A DNA stretch of 64,000 nucleotides, taken from contig CAWBEI010000002.1 of assembly GCA_963787835.1 (NCBI GenBank), positions 1,664,001 to 1,728,000 on the forward strand, in the 5' to 3' direction. The notes under the pieces are model-generated. The model was not told the DNA's origin. It ran no database searches and saw only the letters and a program-made list of their open reading frames with translations. This DNA is from Ignavibacteriota bacterium (GTDB lineage: Bacteria > Bacteroidota > Ignavibacteria > Palsa-1295). Positions 50,325 through 60,375 of the stretch are shown here, one piece after another. The first letter of the stretch is position 1, and each line of letters opens with the position of its first letter. A program made the translations under genes and the position numbers.

Positions 50325-51354
50325 GACTCATGAACGGATAAGGCATAGTGGAAAGTGGATGGTACATCCTGCAATACTTTTGTGCTTTTGCATAGTATTC
50401 ATGGTTTTTCAAGTTCACATAGCGCGTTCTCAAACTGCGAATGTCGGTACACTTTCCACTATTCACTCTCCACTGCCGATTGATCGTTATCTGCAGCTCG
50501 CGCATCCGATCGGAACCGTGAAGCTTGATTTTCCCGGACCAGGCGGAGGGTTCACCTTCATCCATCTTCCAACCAAAGAACGAATGGAGTGGGGAGATAC
50601 GCTTGTGAATGACCACACCTATCTTCTTGATCTGAACGTTGCTAACGATGGTCTTTATCTTGCTCCGGATACGATGGTTTCGTTTGCAAGCACGACGCCG
50701 TTCCAGTTCGTTCTGTCCAAAGCCCATATCATTCATGCTGATCTTACACCCGGGCACTCTAAGGAAGTGCTTCGGGGACTCGATTCCTCCTTCAACGGTA
50801 CGATCGGTTTCGGGCTTATCAAGCAGTTCATTACTGCATTTGATTTCAAGAGAAATCAGCTTACGTTCTACCCCCTTTATTCGAGCGATTCCATTCCGGA
50901 TGACGATACTAACGTGATCCAGCTTCCATTATTAGATGATGCAGAGGTCACGTATTGCCATTGTTTTTCGCATACGATCTGGTTGGATGTTAAGGCGCCA
51001 CCATTACCGGAGGGGCATGTAAATCTTGCATTTCACATTCCGCAATCGGAGATCTACAAACCTTCGCTCGATTCTGCAACCCGGATCAAGGTCGATCAGA
51101 ATCATTTGCAGGATTCGCTCGCGGGTGGGAACCGCCCGATCGGATTAGAACTGGGTCCCTTTCTGATACGCGATCTGTCCGGGCACGTTTATAATCTGTC
51201 CCATCGAAATCCGCATCGCCTTGTGGATCCCATGCCGCCTATCTATCATGATTTCAACATTCCCGTCATGGGTTCGCTTGGCACCGATGTGCTGCGGACG
51301 TTCAGCGGCATCATCATCGACCCCTCTCGCGGGCGGGTGATCTTTGTGAAGTAG
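50317..51354 (+). CDS. Hypothetical exported protein with two retropepsin-like C-terminal motifs
   Basis: GTIGFGLIKQF...FDFKRNQL and GSLGTDVLRTF..IIIDP..GRVIF; no DTG/DSG motif. Confidence 0.5.
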   Translation: MNKTHERIRHSGKWMVHPAILLCFCIVFMVFQVHIARSQTANVGTLSTIHSPLPIDRYLQLAHPIGTVKLDFPGPGGGFTFIHLPTKERMEWGDTLVNDHTYLLDLNVANDGLYLAPDTMVSFASTTPFQFVLSKAHIIHADLTPGHSKEVLRGLDSSFNGTIGFGLIKQFITAFDFKRNQLTFYPLYSSDSIPDDDTNVIQLPLLDDAEVTYCHCFSHTIWLDVKAPPLPEGHVNLAFHIPQSEIYKPSLDSATRIKVDQNHLQDSLAGGNRPIGLELGPFLIRDLSGHVYNLSHRNPHRLVDPMPPIYHDFNIPVMGSLGTDVLRTFSGIIIDPSRGRVIFVK

Positions 51355-51368
51355 CGACACACATGCCT

Positions 51369-52292
51369 TCATGAGAGGGCCTTTGCAAGGCTGTCCGATA
51401 GCTTTTTCATTGGAAGCGTGAATGTGTCTCGCCATTCTTGTGCATCCTTTGGGTTATGCACGTAATTGCCGCTCTTTAGCATCAACACTTCATCGAGTGA
51501 GATCGGAAAGAACGGAAACCTTCCCAGCAGATGCGCCACTGATGAAATAACCCAGATCGGAATATGGATCGGCGGTTTTTTCGAGCCCATCGCATGAGCG
51601 ATTAGAATAACAAGTTCGCGATAGGCCATCATATCGGGGCCACCGATCTCATACGTTTTTCCAATGGTTTCGGGTTTCGCGAGCGATTGCACAATGGTTT
51701 GTGACACATCGTCAACGGATGCCGGCTGGAAAAGGAACGTGCCATCTCCGATGATCGGCACGAACGGGGCCATGCGAATAGCCTTCGCCACTTCATCGAC
51801 AAAATTATGCTGCTTGCGGGGGCGGTCATCGAAAATAAGCGAAGGGCGAAGGATCGTCCAATCGAGGTTGCTCGTCCGGACAAGTTGTTCGGCTTCCCAC
51901 TTTGTCCGATAATATCCGGTCATGGAATTTGCTCCCACGCCAAGCGCGGACATTTGGATCCAACGAGTAACACCCGCTTGCGTCGCTGCAGCCAGCAGAT
52001 TGCGAACCCCTTCGACGTGCACCGAGCGAAAGGTGATCGATTTGCCAGGAAATTCGCGCAACAAACCCGGGAGATAAATGATAGCATCTATATCCCGAGG
52101 AACAGCCGTGAGCATAGACTCTGCATTTGAAACATTACCTTTGACGATGGTTACCTCTGGATTTCTCCTTGCTATCTCGTCAGAAGAGCGATCCGAATGT
52201 ACCAGCGCGACGACATGATGATCGGCAACGAGAAGATCCTCCAGCACCCTCGAACCGACATACCCCGATGCCCCAGCGAGAAAAATGTTCAT
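51369..52292 (-). CDS. NAD(P)-dependent atypical SDR (NDUFA9-like) oxidoreductase
   Basis: GASGYVG, QMSALG, YYRTKWEAE, WTILRPS, YEIGGP. Confidence 0.88.
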   Translation of the reverse strand: MNIFLAGASGYVGSRVLEDLLVADHHVVALVHSDRSSDEIARRNPEVTIVKGNVSNAESMLTAVPRDIDAIIYLPGLLREFPGKSITFRSVHVEGVRNLLAAATQAGVTRWIQMSALGVGANSMTGYYRTKWEAEQLVRTSNLDWTILRPSLIFDDRPRKQHNFVDEVAKAIRMAPFVPIIGDGTFLFQPASVDDVSQTIVQSLAKPETIGKTYEIGGPDMMAYRELVILIAHAMGSKKPPIHIPIWVISSVAHLLGRFPFFPISLDEVLMLKSGNYVHNPKDAQEWRDTFTLPMKKLSDSLAKALS

Positions 52293-52295
52293 ATT

Positions 52296-52447
52296 TTATG
52301 AATTAAGAATTAAAAAATAAGAGTTAAGAATTAGGAATTTGGAATTGCGCTACGATCATTGATGAAACTGGAGTCCGAGGTCGGTGCTTTTGTGGATCAT
52401 ACTATTCGGACTTCTAACTATTAATTCTTAATTCTTAATTCACAATT
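52296..52447. repeat. Heptamer-periodic AT-rich tracts in inverted orientation
   Basis: (GAATTAA)-like units at 52296-52347 and (TTCTTAA)-like units at 52411-52447. Confidence 0.7.
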
Positions 52448-52458
52448 TTACCAAAATC

Positions 52459-53154
52459 ATGTTCACGGGCATCATTGAAGAACTCGGCACAATCGTTGAC
52501 CAAAATATAACAGGAACATCACTCTGTCTCAAAATTGAGGCAGGGCGAATTTTCTCAGAGATCTCTGATGGGGCAGAAAAACCTCAAAATGGGCTAAAAA
52601 TAGGGGATTCCATTGCTGTCAATGGCGTATGCCTCACGGCGACGGAAATCGGATCAAGCATGATCGGTCATGCGCTGCCCTATTTTAAGGTCACTGCAGT
52701 AGAGGAAACTCTTGAGAAAACGACGTTCGGTTCATTGATAGTTAGGAATAAGGATAAGGTCAGCACCCATGGATCGGTACCCAAAACCGGCCCGGTGGTC
52801 AACCTTGAGCGAGCAGTTATGCTCGAGACACGTTTAGGCGGGCATCTCGTCCAGGGACATGTCGATGGCGTTGCGGCTATTCGAGATATCCAGGATAAGA
52901 ACGGAAGCTGGGAATTCAGCTTCACTATTGCTCCGGAGATGACCCGGTATCTGACGTCCAAAGGCTCGATTGCCATCGATGGCGTCAGCCTGACGGTTGC
53001 ATCCATCGAACAGTCCTGCTTGACGGTTGCGATCATTCCCCACACCTACTATCATACGAACTTCCAGTTTTTGAAAATTGGCGACATGGTCAATGTGGAG
53101 TTCGACATCATTGCAAAAATGGTCGAGCGTCTCGTGAGGCCGTATCAGTCATAG
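52459..53154 (+). CDS. ribE: Riboflavin synthase (alpha chain)
   Basis: MFTGIIEE, GDSIAVNGVCLT, VNLERA, GGHLVQGHVDG, KGSIAIDGVSLT. Confidence 0.96.
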   Translation: MFTGIIEELGTIVDQNITGTSLCLKIEAGRIFSEISDGAEKPQNGLKIGDSIAVNGVCLTATEIGSSMIGHALPYFKVTAVEETLEKTTFGSLIVRNKDKVSTHGSVPKTGPVVNLERAVMLETRLGGHLVQGHVDGVAAIRDIQDKNGSWEFSFTIAPEMTRYLTSKGSIAIDGVSLTVASIEQSCLTVAIIPHTYYHTNFQFLKIGDMVNVEFDIIAKMVERLVRPYQS

Positions 53155-53238
53155 AAAAAAGTAGTAAGCGAGTTATTATTAAGTATTAGATCGTGTGCCT
53201 ACATTAAGGATACATGCACCTAAATAAGGATAAGAGCA

Positions 53239-54894
53239 ATGTCTAAGGGCGGCGGAGCTGGAAAAGTTTATTTCATCTTGTACCTGGCGGTTCTGTTGGA
53301 ACTGCTCATCATTATTGTCGAGCGTGACGATGCCGAAGATGCGCTGAAGAAGGAAAAGGAAGAACTTCTTCGCAAGACCAAGCGCATTCAGCTTATTGCG
53401 GAGACGATCATTAATTCGCTTCGCGGCTCTCCAACGGCGGTGAGCGCCACTTCAGACCAGAGCATGGTCTTGGGCGATAAGACCGAAGCCAACGGCCGAA
53501 TGTTCAATGTTCGCATTCGTTTGGCAGACCCGAAACACGATACTGTTAAGGAGCTCGACCTGCATATTCTGCGAAACAATGCAGAAATGGCGACCCTCAA
53601 TCTCGCGGGGGATTCCAGCCTCTATCCACGGACGCGCGAAGGTAACGACTTTATCTTCTCCTACGCATTCAAGCCGCAGTTCGGCGCAGGGGAATACAAG
53701 CTTCATTTCGATGCGCGTACCAACCAGGTTGTTGGCGTTACCCAAACGGCTTCACCGGACGATACGGTAAAGATCGGCGCGGTGCACCTTACCGTAAAAG
53801 AATTAAAGGAAGTGAAGGATGGTATTTCCGAAAATATCGGGTTGCGTGGATATATTGATTCCCTTCTCAACGGTGGCTATGAGAATTTCTCTGCCAATAT
53901 TGGTTCTAATGAATTTACGGTTAATGTAAAACCGCCGCAGGAAGTCGATCAGCTTAAGATCTTCCCGCAGGAACAGAACTTCGCTTCGTTCCCGTCGCTG
54001 GATCTTCCGAATGCCGTGAAGATCGAGGGTGCTACGATCTCCGGACCGCAAGGCGTGAAGATCACGAAAGTCGATGGCCCCGGAGAGATCATTCAGGTTG
54101 ATTCGAACTTCTACTGGACCTGGAAACCGGACGCATCCGCGATCGGCCAGACCTATACCGTCAAGCTTGCCGGTAAAGCCAATCGTAATGGTGCACAGAA
54201 AGATCAGGCTACTACCACGTTCAGTGTGGTCGTGGATAAGATGGAGAAGGCTAATGCATCGCCCTACTTCCCAGAGAATAAGAAGACACACGAAGCATTA
54301 CCTTATACAAGTATTCCATTCAAAGCAAATGAGCAATTCGCTAATCTCAATGGTGCTTATAAAACCGAGATCGATATTAATGGAACGAAGGTGAAGGAGT
54401 CAGCAGAACCGACGATCGAATATACGCCGGAATTTTTGAAAGATGAAGGCAAGTCCATTGAGGTCAAGGCGTTCTATAAATCGGAGTTTATGAAGGATTA
54501 TGTCCAACTTGACGATCAGACGTTCAAGATTGCTTATCCTCCTTTCGTTGCTGCCTCCGAAGGAGATATTACCGCCGGGGATCAGTTCTATGTGAAGGCT
54601 GCACTTGGTCTTCCTAACTTTTATCAGGAAATTGGTGCCGATCACATTGACCTACAGTCGGATGGCTATTTGGAGCCAACTGCGAAAAAACAGCCGGGTC
54701 AGGGAATGAAAATTGAATTTGTTGCAAATACGACGACCAAAGCAAATGGCATTAAAAAGAAGGATGGGCAGACGATTGACGTTACCGCAACAGACCCAAT
54801 TACTCACCAATCGCAGACATTTTCGGTCACAATTTCTCCGAAAGTGCAAGCCAAGAAGGGCTTTGGGGGTGGTGGAGGTGGCGGGATACACTAA
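53239..54894 (+). CDS. Single-TM protein with helical and beta-sandwich periplasmic domains (remote GldM/PorM-like)
   Basis: Short N-tail MSKGGGAGK, TM VYFILYLAVLLELLIII, coiled segment, then several Ig-like beta regions; 551 aa. Confidence 0.55.
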   Translation: MSKGGGAGKVYFILYLAVLLELLIIIVERDDAEDALKKEKEELLRKTKRIQLIAETIINSLRGSPTAVSATSDQSMVLGDKTEANGRMFNVRIRLADPKHDTVKELDLHILRNNAEMATLNLAGDSSLYPRTREGNDFIFSYAFKPQFGAGEYKLHFDARTNQVVGVTQTASPDDTVKIGAVHLTVKELKEVKDGISENIGLRGYIDSLLNGGYENFSANIGSNEFTVNVKPPQEVDQLKIFPQEQNFASFPSLDLPNAVKIEGATISGPQGVKITKVDGPGEIIQVDSNFYWTWKPDASAIGQTYTVKLAGKANRNGAQKDQATTTFSVVVDKMEKANASPYFPENKKTHEALPYTSIPFKANEQFANLNGAYKTEIDINGTKVKESAEPTIEYTPEFLKDEGKSIEVKAFYKSEFMKDYVQLDDQTFKIAYPPFVAASEGDITAGDQFYVKAALGLPNFYQEIGADHIDLQSDGYLEPTAKKQPGQGMKIEFVANTTTKANGIKKKDGQTIDVTATDPITHQSQTFSVTISPKVQAKKGFGGGGGGGIH

Positions 54895-54982
54895 CGTTTT
54901 TTGATGGTGGGCCTCTTCCCTGAAGTTTGGAGGAGAGGCCACGAATTTCAAACAGATTTTTATTCGCGTATTGAATTAATTT

Positions 54983-56698
54983 ATGAGACTTACGATCCCT
55001 GTTCTTCCGAAGAAGTTCTTGAGCATGTCGATGCTATTGCTTTCGATCTTTATTCCTTTTGTGGCAATCCATGCACAATCTGCCGGCCCCGTGACCGACT
55101 CACTGAAAGCGATTACGCTCCGAAATGAGAAGATGTATCGCATGCTGAGTAACATGGAAGACAAAGGCGCTGATTATGTATTCACCAACGTGACCGCATG
55201 GAAGATTACCGATCCGGATCTTCAAGCACAGATCATTAAAGCTTATACTACGAAATATGGAGAGAAGCAGCTGAAAAATTTCGACATCGCGGACGTCTAT
55301 GTTTTCTCCGCTCCTACTGGTGTGGAGCGGTATCAGCCATTTCATGTTTTGTTCATGGGTACAAGAAGAAAAGACGTCGATACATCTGGCGGGGGCAATA
55401 CCGATATTACATTTTTAGGCACACGACACAAGGCCAATACCAATGAAAAAGTACCTGTAGCATTCAAAGGTCGTGAAGTGATTCGTATGATGCAACAAAA
55501 CCCAGCACTTATGGACGACATTAACGCTGTTCAGGGAGAGATTGTCGAATTGCCCGGAGAACTTGCCCCGCGGGGTGCTCAAGTCGTAAAAAATTCCGAT
55601 GAACGGTACATTTTTCATCAGATGTTCACCGGATTTTATTCGAGAACAACGATGATCAACGAGCAGTACCGTGCCCTGAATCTGCCGACGATGGATGAAG
55701 AAGGGGCGCCAATCGATTCCAATGCTGTTCCTATCCCGACGGAAGCTGACGAATCGGGTGAGAATGGAGCAGGCTCTCCGATGCTCAGTGCTGAAGACCT
55801 CGATTCCCGCGCGTTCCGCTATCAGAAGATCGTCGATCTTTCGATCGATCATCTTACAGTCAATCTTTCACGTCAGAATCAACTCGAAGTTGCACTTGGC
55901 AATCCCGAAGTTGGCCTTCCGTTCTGGTCGAGCGGGGAAGCATCGGTGCTGCTCAATATGCGAAATCAGATCGGAACCGAAAGCGATTTTAAGATCGGCG
56001 TGGATTTCCCGAATTTCGGACTCGGAAATGTCAGCAATTCGTTGTTCGAGCCGCGTGAGCTTTCAGGCTCCTGGGGTGGGACGGTATCCGCGTATTTTGC
56101 GGGGCTCGACTTTTTTTCTGCCTTCAATCTTCCGCTTGCCTTTAATTTTTCGGTATTCCCGTCGGGCGGTTCGAACTCATCGATCATCTATAATGGGGTA
56201 GCGGGTACAGTTCCCACTCCCATATATAACGGTCCGACGACCGTTGCCGCAGGTCAGACGTTTTACCGGACAGCATTCATTGGGCAATTATACATTCCGT
56301 TTATCGTCCAGCTCGATCCGGCGAGCTTTGTGCAGTTCTCGGCAGGTATCGGTGTCGATGAGGTCAAGTTAAGCTGGATACCGGCCAATAACGATACGGC
56401 GTCAAAATATGGCTACGGTACCGGGCAGGGCGGAGATGTACAGGACTTGCTTTATAATGGCAAAAGCAATGTATCGACTCCGTTCACTCCGCACGTTGCG
56501 ATAGAATATGTCAATCACCGGTCGAACAAGTTTGGGCTGGATTTCCAATACGACCACTTATTCACGTTCGGCGGGTGGCTCGAATTAGTCCCGGATCATC
56601 TGCGGCTCGAAGCGTCCTATACCGCTCCGCTCGTACGCGACGCGCTTCCTTACGAACCGCCGTACTTCTTTGAAATCACCCCACGCATTTATTTCTAA
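54983..56698 (+). CDS. Hypothetical outer-membrane protein (paralog of the next gene)
   Basis: Signal peptide; AWKITDPDL; GNPEVGLPFWSSG; C-terminal FEITPRIYF. Confidence 0.65.
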   Translation: MRLTIPVLPKKFLSMSMLLLSIFIPFVAIHAQSAGPVTDSLKAITLRNEKMYRMLSNMEDKGADYVFTNVTAWKITDPDLQAQIIKAYTTKYGEKQLKNFDIADVYVFSAPTGVERYQPFHVLFMGTRRKDVDTSGGGNTDITFLGTRHKANTNEKVPVAFKGREVIRMMQQNPALMDDINAVQGEIVELPGELAPRGAQVVKNSDERYIFHQMFTGFYSRTTMINEQYRALNLPTMDEEGAPIDSNAVPIPTEADESGENGAGSPMLSAEDLDSRAFRYQKIVDLSIDHLTVNLSRQNQLEVALGNPEVGLPFWSSGEASVLLNMRNQIGTESDFKIGVDFPNFGLGNVSNSLFEPRELSGSWGGTVSAYFAGLDFFSAFNLPLAFNFSVFPSGGSNSSIIYNGVAGTVPTPIYNGPTTVAAGQTFYRTAFIGQLYIPFIVQLDPASFVQFSAGIGVDEVKLSWIPANNDTASKYGYGTGQGGDVQDLLYNGKSNVSTPFTPHVAIEYVNHRSNKFGLDFQYDHLFTFGGWLELVPDHLRLEASYTAPLVRDALPYEPPYFFEITPRIYF

Positions 56699-56744
56699 TA
56701 TGATCAGAAGCCAACGAACAATGAAAATCTCAAGGTATCAGACA

Positions 56745-58118
56745 ATGAAGAATTTTTTGGGTCTGCTTCTGGCCATCGCGTCGATCGGAGTCCTCTCGAT
56801 GGGCTTCGTTCACGATGTGCATGCGCAACAGGGCGAACAGCAGCCGCAATCGCCACAGCTTACCGCCGGCGATTCTTTAGCTAACGCAAAAGAAGAGAAT
56901 AAGACGCTTGAAACCATTTTGCGCTCGATTAACTCAATCGATACTGCGCGGCAGAATGAATTGATTCAGTGGATCATCACTGATCGCGCTATTCGCTCGC
57001 GAGTAATCAGTGCATTACGTAAGTCCGGTGCGATCCTTCCCCCTAATTCTGTTGCGGAAATGACCGTTACGCAAGTACCTCCTAATCAATATAACGATCA
57101 GGATCAGTTGCTTCGTCTTGTCATCCAGTCGGTCGGAGTATATGGTGATGCTAATATCAAACGGGTGCTTGGTAGTGATCTCTATGATAGAATTAATTCG
57201 CGACAAAACTATGAGTTCACCCTCATTTCAACGGCTCCGGAACAGGAGAAGATCCAGTTCATTAAAATGAACGCCTCGCTGTTTGGCGGCGATATGGTGT
57301 TTAAGTCAGGATTTGGCTTTGCTATAAATGTCGGTGATGATTTCGACGGCTATCCATTTTGGCTTCCGGGTACGATCGGCACGTACGGTATTGTCAATGA
57401 TGGCCTGACGGATTTCCGTATTGGAATAGAATGGCCGCTTGGAGAATCAGGTGAGACACCATTTGTCGTTTCACAGGGTCTGCAGATACGCCAGCGTTTG
57501 CTGGTGGGTGCAGAAGCCTTCGATGTTGGTCTGAAGCAGGATCTTGGAGTACTTCAGACCCAATCAGGAAAGTTAACCATTGGTGCGGAGTTCCGCGATG
57601 CGTTCACGCCTTCGGTCACAAGTTTCCCAGGGCTTGCACTCGAACAGCAGTATGAGACGGATGGGCCAATGAACAGAAATGGTATTCATGGCGCTGCGGA
57701 CAGCCTTTACTATCTGGCGCTCTCGGCTCATGCCTATCTTTCCTACCAATTCCCGAACCAATCGCTCGCAGGAGCTTACGTTCAACTTGGAGGAGGAATA
57801 CATGCCATCCAGCCGGTGACCGTTGGTCAGCCGCCGTATCAGGATCCCACGATGCCAAACACGGATCTCTATTTCGACACACGCCAGACGTACTTCGACC
57901 CGTTCATCAAGCTTGGTTATGTGCATTCCGATGCATCGGGTGAACTCTATTCAGTCAGTGTGCAATATTCCAACACACTGTTGACAGATGCATGGGTACG
58001 GCTTTTTTCATGGCTGGAAATCGAAGCGAAGTATGCGTCCGTTATTGGCCGCAATCCTTACCCATGGGAATGGAAGGACTATGTAATGGTCTCGCCGAAG
58101 CTGATACTTAATTTCTAA
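56745..58118 (+). CDS. Hypothetical outer-membrane protein (paralog of the previous gene)
   Basis: Signal peptide; QWIITDRAI; GDDFDGYPFWLPG; C-terminal VMVSPKLILNF. Confidence 0.65.
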   Translation: MKNFLGLLLAIASIGVLSMGFVHDVHAQQGEQQPQSPQLTAGDSLANAKEENKTLETILRSINSIDTARQNELIQWIITDRAIRSRVISALRKSGAILPPNSVAEMTVTQVPPNQYNDQDQLLRLVIQSVGVYGDANIKRVLGSDLYDRINSRQNYEFTLISTAPEQEKIQFIKMNASLFGGDMVFKSGFGFAINVGDDFDGYPFWLPGTIGTYGIVNDGLTDFRIGIEWPLGESGETPFVVSQGLQIRQRLLVGAEAFDVGLKQDLGVLQTQSGKLTIGAEFRDAFTPSVTSFPGLALEQQYETDGPMNRNGIHGAADSLYYLALSAHAYLSYQFPNQSLAGAYVQLGGGIHAIQPVTVGQPPYQDPTMPNTDLYFDTRQTYFDPFIKLGYVHSDASGELYSVSVQYSNTLLTDAWVRLFSWLEIEAKYASVIGRNPYPWEWKDYVMVSPKLILNF

Positions 58119-58152
58119 ATGGATAGATCATTTTGCCGAATGGCTAAAATTT

Positions 58153-58180
58153 ATGGGGCGATCTTTACAGATCGCCCCAT
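58153..58180. terminator. Bidirectional hairpin between convergent genes
   Basis: ATGGGGCGATCT-TTAC-AGATCGCCCCAT. Confidence 0.65.
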
Positions 58181-58218
58181 TCAATTTTAGGATGGTGCTC
58201 GATAAAGTTCAAATGGCT

Positions 58219-59337
58219 TTATTTTGCGATCCAGCTTGAATGCAGGATGCCATTGTTGTATTTGGTGTCGAACGTCTTGAATAAATAAGAAGTATCTGAT
58301 TTTGAAGCCTGAATGAGCGTCCGATCGTTCGTCTTTTCCCTTGCCGATTTTCCATTAGCGGCTGCCGACAAGAATTGGCGAACATCTTCGACGGCCGGCG
58401 GCGGATTCCCAGCCTCGCTTGATTTTGCCGGTGCTTGCACGATCTCTTCGGTCACAATACTTCGCAGCAGCTTTGGCCACATCGCTGCGAGCAACGTGTG
58501 TGAACTATAACGCTCTGCTCCGGTAATGACGCCGTTGAGGGCATAGACGAAGCCGACCGCGTGATCGTCATCCCGAACAAGATCCTGGAATTTCCTTTCG
58601 ATACCGTGTTTGCGATCGGCGAGCGCGGGGTTTTCCAGCGATAGCTCCAGGCTCGTGGGCGAGGCATTCCGCGTAACGCTATCCATTAATATTGCAGTGA
58701 GCTTTCTCTGCAGGGTCGAAACATCGTTCCAGACCGACTCCTGGGCTGCATCCACGACGCCGAACGGCTGCGGCATATCTTGCAGCGATTTCAACAGATT
58801 AAGTTGGTTGGTGTCGGGTGCCGTGAATCCTCCAACGTGCGGAGTCAGTAATTGTTCGGTCAGGTCATGCTGGGTAACAAGTCGTGTATGGGATAACGGC
58901 GCCATCCAATGAGAGGAACTGAATGTTTCCAGTGGTTCGGAACCACGTTTGGTAGATCGCCCTTTCTCGATACAAAAAACGTTCAGATCTTCCGACGTAT
59001 CGTGCCCAGGGACGATCATATCATTTTGAACCATCCGGTCCTGCTGCCCTCCCTTGATGAGATCCGAGGATTCCAGGAAGAGATCGGTATCCGAGCGGTT
59101 TTCGATCCATAGTTTCTGGCTGTTGTTCTCGTGAATGACCGCGCTCCCGCTTTGAAGCGCCTCCTCCAGCGTAAGGATGGGAGGGTGAACCTTGGCAGCA
59201 GGAGCAACCTCATCGATCATCCAAAACGTGAGAGGCCCAGCGGTTTTAGGCTCGCGCACGATCGTAGAATCCCCTTCGGCCAGTGCGGGGCTGGCGGCAC
59301 AACAAAGGAGTAAAAGAAATTTCGGAACCAGCTTCAT
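58219..59337 (-). CDS. Exported DUF6569/ARPP-1-like protein
   Basis: LTLEEAL, IENRSD..LFL...DLIKGGQQDR, VFCIEKGR, QESVW, GFVYALNG. Confidence 0.7.
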   Translation of the reverse strand: MKLVPKFLLLLCCAASPALAEGDSTIVREPKTAGPLTFWMIDEVAPAAKVHPPILTLEEALQSGSAVIHENNSQKLWIENRSDTDLFLESSDLIKGGQQDRMVQNDMIVPGHDTSEDLNVFCIEKGRSTKRGSEPLETFSSSHWMAPLSHTRLVTQHDLTEQLLTPHVGGFTAPDTNQLNLLKSLQDMPQPFGVVDAAQESVWNDVSTLQRKLTAILMDSVTRNASPTSLELSLENPALADRKHGIERKFQDLVRDDDHAVGFVYALNGVITGAERYSSHTLLAAMWPKLLRSIVTEEIVQAPAKSSEAGNPPPAVEDVRQFLSAAANGKSAREKTNDRTLIQASKSDTSYLFKTFDTKYNNGILHSSWIAK

Positions 59338-59432
59338 CGAAGTTTCCTACGATCCATAGCGGTAAAAAGTTTTACTGGTCTTAAAAAATTCAACGGCTTC
59401 TGAAAAGCACGTTCAGCCGATCTTAAGGAAAA

Positions 59433-60188
59433 TTACCGCACTTCGAATACTACTTTCAATTGTGCATTTTCAGAAAGAGTATTTGGTTGCTGTTTGGCAT
59501 CCTTTGATTTGGATTTGCCACCATGTTCCCGTTCTTCTTCCTCTTCACCGCCTTTCGCGGGAGCAGCAGATGCAGTTTCATCACCCGCCTCTGAAATGGA
59601 AATAATATCGCCGACGGTCTTTCCCATTTCCTTTGCGATAGAGGCTGCTTCTTTACGCGCGTTCTCTATCGCGTTATTTATGGCTTCCGTGTGCAGTGAA
59701 CGTCCCGGCGCAAGTCCGAAGCCATCGACATTGACCGCGCTTGCTCCGCTCTGTGTTGCAAGATCAATGATGCGCGGCAGATCTTTCACATTTTCAAGTT
59801 GCACCTCGAGCGGTGTATCGAGCCTGTACCCGATGATACGGGTTCCATTCTGCCCGTACTCCATATTCGGCATTAAGTGGAATGGCTGTTCGGTAATATC
59901 CTTCGCATCGACTCCTGCATTCACAAGAGCATCTTCAAGATGTTTTAGGACATCATTTTGCTTGACGAACAGCCCGGTCGCGGTTTGATCGCCGCTCGAA
60001 ACAGTTAGGCCAAGTGTAACGCGTTCTGCAACGGCGCCTGCGGATCCGCTTGCGAGCACGGTGATCGTGCGGCCCATCATCGGCATCGGTGGCTGCATCG
60101 GCTGTTGCGCGTTAGCAGCAGTGCTCAAGAACCAGCATGCTGTTGTGACTACTGCGAGGGTGGAATTCTTCTTCATCATAATGAACAT
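59433..60188 (-). CDS. SIMPL (DUF541) domain periplasmic protein
   Basis: Signal peptide; RTITV..SG; A..NA..NARKEA..IA...G..VG.I.SISE; LKVVFEVR. The start may be a few codons later. Confidence 0.85.
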   Translation of the reverse strand: MFIMMKKNSTLAVVTTACWFLSTAANAQQPMQPPMPMMGRTITVLASGSAGAVAERVTLGLTVSSGDQTATGLFVKQNDVLKHLEDALVNAGVDAKDITEQPFHLMPNMEYGQNGTRIIGYRLDTPLEVQLENVKDLPRIIDLATQSGASAVNVDGFGLAPGRSLHTEAINNAIENARKEAASIAKEMGKTVGDIISISEAGDETASAAPAKGGEEEEEREHGGKSKSKDAKQQPNTLSENAQLKVVFEVR

Positions 60189-60375
60189 TGAAAAAGTTAA
60201 GACGTTGTATCGTTACAAATTTACAAAAATTGTATGATCCTGTTAAAAAAAGAACACCTCGCCCTCACAAACTATTACATACGCGGAATTGTATTCAATG
60301 GTAAAATTAATCCCCTGCGGCATTGTTCCGCCATGTATTAAAAGCTCACTCTTTCATTTTCATTCTTGTTCATAA

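Noticed and set aside
60200-60245. TTACAAA repeats upstream of the SIMPL gene as a CpxR-like box
   Set aside because: The spacing does not fit the 10-11-bp register and the context is AT-rich; too weak.
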